Below, in pieces: positions 16,580 to 24,727 of a stretch of 51,044 nt of DNA. Below the pieces are notes generated by a model, which did no database searches, was not told the DNA's origin, and saw nothing but the letters and a program-made list of their open reading frames with translations. The DNA is from Bacteroidia bacterium (lineage in GTDB: Bacteria > Bacteroidota > Bacteroidia > UBA4408), in assembly GCA_023262495.1 (NCBI GenBank), contig JALRAS010000005.1, positions 3,672-54,715 of the forward strand, given 5' to 3'. A program made the position numbers and the translations under genes. Positions within the stretch are counted from its first letter, which is position 1. Each line of letters begins with the position of its first letter.

Positions 16580-19294
16580 ATGAAAAAAGCCATCAAGATT
16601 ATCGGAGTTGTATTGTTATTAATGATAGCATTAATACTCACTGCACCATTTATATTCAAGGACAAACTGGTTGCGTTAGTAAAAGAAGAGGCCAATAAAA
16701 ATTTGAATGCCAAAGTTGACTTTGGCGTTTTTGATTTAACCATAATCAAAAGCTTTCCTCATTTTACCTTCAGCATCGATCAAGTAAGTGTGGTTGGTAT
16801 TAATGAGTTCGAAAATGATACATTACTGTCGCTTGGAAATCTTGAATTAAAGATGGATTTAATGAGTGTGATCAAGGGCGATCATATCAAAATTCAATCG
16901 ATTGTTTTAAACACGCCCCGCATTCAGGCCTTGGTATCAAAAAACGGGAAAGCCAATTGGGATATCACTAAACCATCTAAAGATAGTGCCACAACCTCTG
17001 AGCAACCGAGTAAATTTCAATTGAGCTTAAAGAAATTTGCTATCAATAACGGATACCTACTGTACGATGATCAACAAGCCAACATGCGTGCTGAATTAGC
17101 CGGCTTAAACCATGAACTACAAGGCGATTTTACCCAAGATAATTTTTTAATGAACACCATTACTAAGATTGCTTCGCTTGATGTTGCTGAAGGTGGCGTG
17201 TGTTATTTTAAGCATGTAGAAACCGAAATTAAAGCAGATTTAGAAATGGATATGAAGGCATCGAAATATACGTTCAAAGAAAATGAATTTAGACTCAATG
17301 CATTGGTATTTGGCCTTGATGGCTTTGTGGCAATGCCTAAGGAAGATATTGATATGGATATCAAATTCTTGGCCAAGAAAGCTGCTTTCAAGGAATTTTT
17401 ATCGCTCATTCCCGGTGTGTATACCAAAGATTTTGCCGATGTGAAAACTGCCGGTAATTTGGCTTTTAGCGGTTATGCAAAAGGAACTTATAATGATAAA
17501 AGAATGCCCGCATTTGGTTTGACTTTGAAGGTGGATAATGCCATGTTTCAATACCCATCATTACCTAAAAAAGTAGAGAACATCAACATCGATTTAAGTG
17601 TAAGCAATAACGATGGTGTGCCCGATCATACCATCACCGATATCCGAAAGTTTCATGTTGAAATGGCTGGTAACCCAATAGATGTGCGTATGAGAATTGC
17701 CACCCCGGTGAGCGATGCAAACATTGATGGTACTGTTAAAGGTAAAGTTGATTTAAATAGCATGAAGGATATTATTCCTATGGAAAAAGATGAAAAATTA
17801 AATGGGGTGATTACTGCCGATGTTGTGTTAAAAGGCAGTATGTCAGCCATTGAAAAAGAGCAATACCAAGATTTTAATGCCAGCGGAAATATGACCATTG
17901 AAGGAATGCAATACCAAAGCAAAGCTACACCCTATGGCGTTAATATTAAAAAAGCATCCTTGGATTTTACACCAAAGTATCTAGATTTAACTGCCTTTGA
18001 TTGTATGCTTGGAAAAAGCGATTTACAGGCAAAAGGTAAAATTGAAAACTATATGGCCTATGCCATGAAAGATGAAATGCTGAAAGGCAATGTAAGTTTA
18101 TCTTCTAATTATTTTGATTTGAATCAGTTTATGACTGATGAGCCCGAAAGAGCAGCAAAACCTGCAGACACAGCAGCAATGACTGTAGCTGAAATTCCTG
18201 CCAACCTCGATTTTACAATTACTTCAGCTTTCAATAAGTTGATTTACGATAACATGGATATAAGCAATGTAAAGGGCAAACTTACAATGGCAAATAGCGA
18301 ATTGCGTATGCAAGATGTAAGTATGAATTTGTTAGATGGTTCAATGATATTAAACGGTCTTTATGGAACTAAAAATGTAAAAGCGCCTGTGATAGATTTC
18401 AACATGGGCATCAAAAATTTTGATATACCCAAAACCTATAAAACATTTAATACAGTGCAAAAAATGGCTGGTATTGCCGAGTATGCAACGGGCAGTTTTA
18501 ATTGCGAAATCAGTTTTAGTGGTATCATGGATGCCCACATGAATCCCGTTTATCAATCATTAAATGGTGCTGGCCGATTGCAAACCCAAAATGTAGTATT
18601 AAGCAATTACGCACCACTAAACAAAGTGGCCGATGCTATTAAAATGGATAAGTATAAGCGTTTGAGTCTCAATAATACCAACCTTTCCTTTAAGTTTAAA
18701 GATGGTGGCGTTGATGTAGAACCATTTGATATCAAAGCTGGCGACAGTAAGCTCACGGTACAGGGTAGAAGCAATTTTGATCAAACCATCAATTTTCCAT
18801 TAACCTTTGATATTGCACGCAGCGATTTTGGTGGCGCAGCCAATAACATGCTCAATGGCTTGGTGGCCCAAGCAAACAGCAAGGGAACAAATTTTTCCTT
18901 GGGAGAAAGGGTGCAGCTGAGTGCTCTACTAACCGGTACAGCCAAAAATCCTGTAGTAAAAACAAACTTAAAAGCGGCAGCAGGAAATATGGTTGATGAT
19001 TTAAAAAACAAAGCCAAAGAAGAAATCGATAAAAAGAAAGCTGAACTTGAAGCCAAAGCCAAAGCAGAATTGGACAAGAAAAAAGCAGAGGCTGAAGCAG
19101 CACTCAATAAAACTAAAGCAGAGGCCGAAGCCAAAGCCAAAGCAGAGGCCGACAAAGCCAAAGCTGAAGCCGAAAGGTTAAAAAAAGAAGCAGAAGCCAA
19201 GGCCAAAGCAGAGGCCGATAAAGCCAAAAAAGCTGCCGAAGAAAAAGCCAAGAAGGAGGCAGAAAAAAAATTGAAAGGACTTTTTGGTAAGTAG
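16580..19294 (+). CDS. AsmA-family envelope protein with a C-terminal Lys/Ala/Glu coiled tail
   Basis: N-terminal TM anchor, GKANWDI motif, long beta-rich body, and a C-terminal (KAKAEA)n tail ending LKGLFGK. Confidence 0.85.
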   Translation: MKKAIKIIGVVLLLMIALILTAPFIFKDKLVALVKEEANKNLNAKVDFGVFDLTIIKSFPHFTFSIDQVSVVGINEFENDTLLSLGNLELKMDLMSVIKGDHIKIQSIVLNTPRIQALVSKNGKANWDITKPSKDSATTSEQPSKFQLSLKKFAINNGYLLYDDQQANMRAELAGLNHELQGDFTQDNFLMNTITKIASLDVAEGGVCYFKHVETEIKADLEMDMKASKYTFKENEFRLNALVFGLDGFVAMPKEDIDMDIKFLAKKAAFKEFLSLIPGVYTKDFADVKTAGNLAFSGYAKGTYNDKRMPAFGLTLKVDNAMFQYPSLPKKVENINIDLSVSNNDGVPDHTITDIRKFHVEMAGNPIDVRMRIATPVSDANIDGTVKGKVDLNSMKDIIPMEKDEKLNGVITADVVLKGSMSAIEKEQYQDFNASGNMTIEGMQYQSKATPYGVNIKKASLDFTPKYLDLTAFDCMLGKSDLQAKGKIENYMAYAMKDEMLKGNVSLSSNYFDLNQFMTDEPERAAKPADTAAMTVAEIPANLDFTITSAFNKLIYDNMDISNVKGKLTMANSELRMQDVSMNLLDGSMILNGLYGTKNVKAPVIDFNMGIKNFDIPKTYKTFNTVQKMAGIAEYATGSFNCEISFSGIMDAHMNPVYQSLNGAGRLQTQNVVLSNYAPLNKVADAIKMDKYKRLSLNNTNLSFKFKDGGVDVEPFDIKAGDSKLTVQGRSNFDQTINFPLTFDIARSDFGGAANNMLNGLVAQANSKGTNFSLGERVQLSALLTGTAKNPVVKTNLKAAAGNMVDDLKNKAKEEIDKKKAELEAKAKAELDKKKAEAEAALNKTKAEAEAKAKAEADKAKAEAERLKKEAEAKAKAEADKAKKAAEEKAKKEAEKKLKGLFGK
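19010..19270 (+). repeat. Coding low-complexity tandem repeat (AEAKAKAEADKAK-like units)
   Basis: Recurrent AAAGCCAAAGCAGAGGCCGA-type units at the 3' end of the AsmA-like gene. Confidence 0.8.
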
Positions 19295-19371
19295 TAACCT
19301 TGCTTGTAATATTGTATCTTGTGATTACACAGATGCCATTAAATATCACCATACACCACTAAAAAATATCA

Positions 19372-21360
19372 TTGTTGAAACACCTATTCATTACACTGCT
19401 CATCATTAACTGTGTTCTTGCACCACAACTTTCAGCGCAGGAAGAAAATCAAAGTGCTTGCCCCGAAATAACCAATAAAAAAGCAATTGAGTATCTCGAA
19501 AAAGGACGCAATAAAAAGAAATACGAGTTCAAAGAACGTATGGAATATGTAAAGAAGGCACTTGAAGAAGAGCCCGATTTTGCCGAGGCGCAATACGAAA
19601 TGGCAGCCCTGCAAATAACCTTAGCAGTTGGCAACGGCACCGGATTTAAGCCTGCTGAAAAATATCTCTTACGCGCTATCGAATTATGTCCTGACATTAA
19701 TCCTTATGCCTATTATTACCTCGGACAAATTGCATGGGGTGGCGAAGATTATGCTAAGACAGTAAGCTATTTTGAAAAGTTTACTAAAAACCCCGAAAAT
19801 GCCAAAAAACCCGAAGATTTTGACAAGGCTGCTGCCCTATTAAGACAAGCAAAATTTTATGAGCAGATTTATAAAAACAAAGTAGAGTTTGATCCTAAGC
19901 CCATCAAAAATATCGACACCTTTGAAGATGAATTCCTGCCCATGCTATCGCCTGATAATGAATTTTTATACTACACAAAAAGATACATGAAGCAGGGTAA
20001 AGACGTGCTCTTTCCACAACAGGTTGAAGAGTTAACAGAAGCCCAAAGAAGTAATGGTGAATTTGTGAAGCCGCATGCTATGGACATGCCATTCAATACA
20101 CCCGGTGAAAATTATGGCGGCATCACTTTTTCTCTCGATAACAAACATCTGTTTATTACCGTTTGCAAAGCCAATAAAAAGGGCTATGTCAATTGCGACA
20201 TTTATACCTCAGATTTTAACCGTGAAGAGGAGTGGGGGCCACTCAAAAATTTGGGGCCAAACGTAAACACCGAAGATGGCTGGGAGGCGCAACCCTCCTT
20301 AAGTTCAGATGGTAAAACCCTCATCTTTGCAGGTGCACGTGCAGATGGAAAGGGAATGGATTTATACAAAACAGAACGCGAAAATACCAATGCTGAATGG
20401 CAGCCGGCAGTAAATATGGGACCACAAATTAATACCGATAAAAACGAAAAATCACCCTTCATTCATAGCGATAGCCAAACCTTATATTTCACATCAGACG
20501 GTTGGCCGGGAGTTGGTGGGTATGATATTTTCTTTGCTAAAATGAATGATGACGGAAAATGGACAACACCCAAAAATATTGGTATTCCAATTAATACCGA
20601 GAAAGATGAGGTAGGATTTTTTGTGAGCACCGATGGGCAATTGGGCTATATCAGCAGCAAAGATTTAAAAGGCAAAGGAGCAGGAGGATGGGATATCTTT
20701 TCATTCCCGCTATACAAGGAAGCACGCCCCGAAAAAATTCTTTTCATCAAAGGCGAGCTCAGAGATGAAACAGGAGCACTCATGAGCAATACTAAAATAG
20801 AAATCGAAACCATGTCATCTAAAAAGAAAACCATGTTAGATGTTGATTCGGTAACAGGAAAATACACCACCGTAGTAACGTTAAAAGGCGATGAAGATGC
20901 CATACTTACGGTAAAACGCCCCGATTACGGCTTTTACAGTACCTACATCAAAGCAGGTGATACAACCATAGGCAAGCCCATAAAAATTAATATGGATGTA
21001 AAGCCCATCGAAAAAGGAGCAACTTTCAATATCAAGGATATTAATTATAAAAGCAATTCGGCTGATCTTACCGAAGAAAGCAAACGTGTGCTACAAAAAT
21101 TTGCCGAGTATTTAAACGAAACCAAAGATTTATCTATAGAAATTCGCGGGCATACCGATAATGTTGGTAATCCAAAATCAAACTTAGCACTAAGCACCGA
21201 TAGAGCATTCACAGTCATGGATTTTTTGTTGCAGCATGGCATACCCAAATCGCGTGTGTCCTTCAAAGGCTTTGGCGATACCAAACCTATAGCCGACAAT
21301 AGCACCGAAACAGGAAGAGCCAAGAACCGAAGAACAGAGTTTGTCATATTGGGTAAATAA
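19372..21360 (+). CDS. TPR + PD40 + OmpA_C peptidoglycan-binding protein (PorE-like architecture)
   Basis: TPR helices; PD40 repeats (PSLSSDGKTLIF, SPFIHSDSQTLYF); OmpA_C motifs (IEIRGHTDNVG, NLALSTDRA, GRAKNRRTEF). Confidence 0.9.
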   Translation: MLKHLFITLLIINCVLAPQLSAQEENQSACPEITNKKAIEYLEKGRNKKKYEFKERMEYVKKALEEEPDFAEAQYEMAALQITLAVGNGTGFKPAEKYLLRAIELCPDINPYAYYYLGQIAWGGEDYAKTVSYFEKFTKNPENAKKPEDFDKAAALLRQAKFYEQIYKNKVEFDPKPIKNIDTFEDEFLPMLSPDNEFLYYTKRYMKQGKDVLFPQQVEELTEAQRSNGEFVKPHAMDMPFNTPGENYGGITFSLDNKHLFITVCKANKKGYVNCDIYTSDFNREEEWGPLKNLGPNVNTEDGWEAQPSLSSDGKTLIFAGARADGKGMDLYKTERENTNAEWQPAVNMGPQINTDKNEKSPFIHSDSQTLYFTSDGWPGVGGYDIFFAKMNDDGKWTTPKNIGIPINTEKDEVGFFVSTDGQLGYISSKDLKGKGAGGWDIFSFPLYKEARPEKILFIKGELRDETGALMSNTKIEIETMSSKKKTMLDVDSVTGKYTTVVTLKGDEDAILTVKRPDYGFYSTYIKAGDTTIGKPIKINMDVKPIEKGATFNIKDINYKSNSADLTEESKRVLQKFAEYLNETKDLSIEIRGHTDNVGNPKSNLALSTDRAFTVMDFLLQHGIPKSRVSFKGFGDTKPIADNSTETGRAKNRRTEFVILGK

Positions 21361-21366
21361 TTTTTT

Positions 21367-21457
21367 GGGCGTTCCCTTTTTGTTTGATGGCAAGCACATC
21401 AAACAAAAAGGTCGTGCTTTCCGCCCCGCATGGCGGGATAGCTCCAATCACTAACGC
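21367..21457 (+). ncRNA. Structured repeat RNA, Flavo-1-like (copy A)
   Basis: GGGCGTT-[15-bp hairpin]-GGTCGTGCTTTCCGC-[hairpin]-GCTCCAATCACTAACGC, 6 nt after the OmpA gene stop. Covaries with copies B and C. The family name is from memory. Confidence 0.55.
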
Positions 21458-21475
21458 AAACTTCCGTATATAACC

Positions 21476-21547
21476 CTTACACCTAATCACTCGTACTCCT
21501 TTGCAACGAGTACGCATCACATATGCGTTTGCAACGCATGAATAACT
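21476..21547 (+). repeat. 72-bp direct repeat, copy 1 (two REP-like TTTGCAAC-centred hairpins)
   Basis: Matches 21671-21742 with 2 mismatches; contains CGTACTC..GAGTACG and ATGCGTT-TGC-AACGCAT. Confidence 0.9.
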
Positions 21548-21558
21548 CTTCTCTCTGC

Positions 21559-21603
21559 TCTCGCTCGCGTCCCGCGAGTGAGGCTACAAACAGGCCTCTT
21601 GCC
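21559..21603 (+). repeat. REP-like palindromic element; inverted partner at 23283-23326
   Basis: TCTCGCTCGCGTCCCGCGAGTGAG (21559-21582) is the exact reverse complement of 23303-23326, with imperfect similarity extending about 20 nt further. Confidence 0.85.
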
Positions 21604-21670
21604 GATTCATAATTTTTACGTGCATAACAATGCTATCAACACCAAAATGCTACATTCATAATTCAACACG

Positions 21671-21742
21671 CTTACACCTAATCACTCGTACTCATTTGCA
21701 ACGAGTACGCATCACATATGCGTTTGCAACGCATAAATAACT
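21671..21742 (+). repeat. 72-bp direct repeat, copy 2
   Basis: Matches 21476-21547 at 70 of 72 positions; offset 195 nt. Confidence 0.9.
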
Positions 21743-21981
21743 ATTCCATTTTTTTGCGAGTATAAGATTTAAATAATGAGTCAGCATTTACATTTTAAAA
21801 TTCAATGCTGAATATAAACCCCATAAATTTACCTTGATGAATGCACCACCACAAAGTCTTCAGCACAGTATCTGTTGCTAACATTACTATTCATGTCATT
21901 GAGAACAAGTCTTTAAGAAATGTTTATATTTGTTTTTAAATAACAAGTACATTACCTTAAAACGATAATCAATCTATTTTT

Positions 21982-23142
21982 ATGAAGATGATAACGACCA
22001 AACAACTGCTAATTTTTTGTCTTTCATTGTTAAGCAGTATGTTTACTTATGCCCAGCAAGTAGGCCATACCACCTATACCTTTACCGATGCATCGAGAAA
22101 CAACCGACAAATTACAACAGAGATTTATTACCCTGCCACTATAGCGGGCAACGATACGCCAATCATGCCGGGAAGTTTTCCGCTCCTTGTATTTGGTCAT
22201 GGTTTTGTGATGGTGTACAGTGCATATGATAATATTTGGAATGCCTTGGTGCCAGAAGGTTATATAGTGGCCTTGCCAACCACTGAAGGAAGTTTTGCCC
22301 CTGTGCATAATGATTTTGGATTAGACCTTAAATTTTTAGTTACCCAAATGCAATCCACGGGAGCCGGCACTTCAATACCTGCTGCCAGTGTTGGGCTAAC
22401 TTCGGCTATTATGGGGCACTCGATGGGCGGTGGCTCTTCTTTTTTATCCGCTGCAGGCAATACCAATATAACCACTATGGTAACATTTGCTGCCGCAAAT
22501 ACCAATCCTTCATCTGTAACAGCAGCTGCACAGGTGAGCGTGCCAACCCTTATTTTTAGTGGTGCAAATGACTGTGTAGCACCTCCGGCACAACATCAAG
22601 ATTTGATGTATGATGCTTTAACAGCAGCCTATAAAACACAAATCTATGTCACAGGTGGTGGGCACTGTTACTTTGCAAATAATAATTTAAACTGCACTTT
22701 TGGTGAGTCAACCTGCACACCTTCGCCCAGTATCACACGTGCTGCGCAACAAGATGCTACTAACGATTTAATGAAGCTTTGGTTGAGTTATTATTTAAAA
22801 GGCGATTGCACTTCCTCTGTGGCATTTCAAGATTCTTTAGCTGCAAGCAATCGGATTACCTTTCGTCAAAATCAATCTATAGCTTGTATCACCGCTTTAT
22901 CGGAAAACCATAGTCATTCCGATTTTAATATTTTTCCCAATCCTGCAAACGATAACGTACACATAACCGCAACCGATGAGCCAATACATTCTGTGAGCAT
23001 ATATGATGCTAAAGGCAGGTTGGTATACACTGCAAATATCCATGATGTTACATCATTCATACTTGACCTATCAAACTATCACGAAGGATTTTACTGCGCA
23101 GTAATAAACAACCGTGTAAGCAAAACCTTTATGGTTAATTAA
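21982..23142 (+). CDS. T9SS-secreted alpha/beta hydrolase (chlorophyllase/cutinase-like) with type A C-terminal sorting domain
   Basis: Signal peptide, FGHGF oxyanion region, GHSMGGG nucleophile elbow, GANDCVAP (Asp), GGGHCYFA (His), and a CTD (IFPNPAND...IYDAKGRLV...GFY). TATATTTG promoter box at 21925-21932. Confidence 0.88.
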   Translation: MKMITTKQLLIFCLSLLSSMFTYAQQVGHTTYTFTDASRNNRQITTEIYYPATIAGNDTPIMPGSFPLLVFGHGFVMVYSAYDNIWNALVPEGYIVALPTTEGSFAPVHNDFGLDLKFLVTQMQSTGAGTSIPAASVGLTSAIMGHSMGGGSSFLSAAGNTNITTMVTFAAANTNPSSVTAAAQVSVPTLIFSGANDCVAPPAQHQDLMYDALTAAYKTQIYVTGGGHCYFANNNLNCTFGESTCTPSPSITRAAQQDATNDLMKLWLSYYLKGDCTSSVAFQDSLAASNRITFRQNQSIACITALSENHSHSDFNIFPNPANDNVHITATDEPIHSVSIYDAKGRLVYTANIHDVTSFILDLSNYHEGFYCAVINNRVSKTFMVN

Positions 23143-23280
23143 TTCCTGGAATTTGAGCTGCCCTATGTTGTGCCCAAACGATTGGTCACACCAACGATGG
23201 CGAAAAAAGTTCCTTCATCATTCAAGTTCATCATTCCTTGTTGCTTGTTCAATATTCAAAACAACTTCACATCAATTCGC

Positions 23281-23413
23281 AGGCCGGAGGCCTATTGGTA
23301 AGCTCACTCGCGGGACGCGAGCGAGAACACAAACGATGGTGGTAGCTGTATTTAGGTTGGCGCGGACGCCAACCTTGGACAAATATGAAGAGCGTAGTTC
23401 GGAAACTACGCTC
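23281..23413. repeat. Cluster of four REP-like hairpins with GGA-containing loops
   Basis: AGGCC-GGA-GGCCT, CTCGCG-GGA-CGCGAG, AGGTTGGCG-CGGA-CGCCAACCT and GAGCGTAGTT-CGGA-AACTACGCTC. Confidence 0.8.
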
Positions 23414-23452
23414 AGGAGGGGCGACCACAAACGATTGCGAAGATTGTAAAGC

Positions 23453-23540
23453 GCAAAAGGGACAGCAGCGGCATCCTCCCGGCCAACAGGGCGGGAGATA
23501 TAGCGGATGGCCCGGTGACTGCGGCAGCAGGCATTTGCCC
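23453..23540 (-). ncRNA. Structured repeat RNA, Flavo-1-like (copy B)
   Basis: Minus strand GGGCAAA...CCGGGCCATCCGCTATATCTCCC...GGGAGGATGCCGCTGCTGTCCCTTTTGC, beginning at the EEP gene stop codon. Confidence 0.55.
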
Positions 23541-24640
23541 TAATTACCCGTAACTTTTAATTGACAACTGATGGCGTAGTGATCCGAAAGTTTTTCTTGA
23601 TGGGTGAGGTACTCGAATGCCTCAAATTGAGTGCTATGCAAAATATAATCGATGCGGTAGCTGGGAAATATGCCCACGTAAGTTTTACCCCATCCTTTAC
23701 CGGCTTCTACAAAAGCATCGGTGAGGTTGTTGGTCATGGTTTGATAAGTGTAGGAAGCGGGTGTATCATTAAAGTCGCCACACACAATTACAGGATATGG
23801 CGAACTACTGATGCTGCGTGCCACGCTGTCAACCTGCTCAGCTCGCTTGATGAAGGCACGTTTGAGTCTTCTTGCAATTTTTTTTGAACCACTGTATTCG
23901 TCCACTTCTACACTATCATTACCAAGTGCATCTATAAATTGATAGTCTTCCTTGAGCAAATGTATGCTTTGCAAGTGCATGTTATACACGCGCACGGTAT
24001 CGTTATGAATAAGCATATCGGAATAGATGCAAATGTTGTTGCTTTTTTCGCGGAAGTTAACATGCCCTGAATTGATAATTTTATATTTGCCATAAGTAGC
24101 AATTCCCCAGTGATGTTTGTTGCGCAGGGTTAATGTAAATTCGTAATCGTTATACGGTAGTTGTAAAATTTGTTTAAGTGAATCTACATTGATGTACTCA
24201 TTATCATCATCGGCATAAAACTCCTGAAAAGCAATAATATCGGGCTTTTCTTTTTTTATAAACTCAAATATTTGTTGCCTTGTTTCTTTGTTTTTGCTCC
24301 AATTGTACAAGTCAAAAAGACGAACATTGAAGCTCATGATCTTAATGGCTTGTGTATTTTGCGGAAGCTCTTTGCTGCTTAATCTAAGTTGAAAAATGGT
24401 ATTAAAATGAAAAAAACCTATAACAAGTGCAATACCCGAAAACAGCATAAGCTTACTCTTACGCAACAACCAAAATAGCAAGAAAAAAATATTGAGGATG
24501 TAAATAGCAGGGTAGGCCAAACCTAAAAAAGCCAGTGGCCAAAATTTGGCCGGACTCACATAGGCATTCATGTAGCACAAGAGCAAAGCGCCAATGGCTA
24601 ATAAATTAAAAAAGAAAAATACTTTTTTTAGCAAAGACAT
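23540..24640 (-). CDS. Endonuclease/exonuclease/phosphatase (EEP) family membrane-anchored protein
   Basis: N-terminal TM helices; MSFNV, DIIAFQE, HLQS, CGDFND, RIDYI and SDHY motifs. Confidence 0.92.
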   Translation of the reverse strand: MSLLKKVFFFFNLLAIGALLLCYMNAYVSPAKFWPLAFLGLAYPAIYILNIFFLLFWLLRKSKLMLFSGIALVIGFFHFNTIFQLRLSSKELPQNTQAIKIMSFNVRLFDLYNWSKNKETRQQIFEFIKKEKPDIIAFQEFYADDDNEYINVDSLKQILQLPYNDYEFTLTLRNKHHWGIATYGKYKIINSGHVNFREKSNNICIYSDMLIHNDTVRVYNMHLQSIHLLKEDYQFIDALGNDSVEVDEYSGSKKIARRLKRAFIKRAEQVDSVARSISSSPYPVIVCGDFNDTPASYTYQTMTNNLTDAFVEAGKGWGKTYVGIFPSYRIDYILHSTQFEAFEYLTHQEKLSDHYAISCQLKVTGN

Positions 24641-24676
24641 AGCATACTATCAGCACAAATCGATAAAACGAATGAA

Positions 24677-24708
24677 TATCACAAGGCAAAATGCATTGCC
24701 TTGTGATA
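24677..24708 (-). terminator. Probable terminator hairpin after the S46 peptidase gene
   Basis: TATCACAAGGCAA-N6-TTGCCTTGTGATA, a 13-bp stem 19 nt after the stop. Confidence 0.55.
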
Positions 24709-24727
24709 AGGTGTTGATACGTTTGAA

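Noticed and set aside
18781-19251. 156-aa Ala/Leu/Ser-rich minus-strand ORF
   Set aside because: Antisense shadow of the KAKAEA repeat in the AsmA-like gene.
21476-21742. Possible CRISPR array
   Set aside because: Only two 72-bp units with a 123-nt spacer. The sizes do not fit CRISPR, and the window has no cas genes.
23153-23449. 98-aa ORF downstream of the hydrolase
   Set aside because: It runs through the palindrome cluster, has a non-ATG start and shows no protein-like motif; likely spurious.
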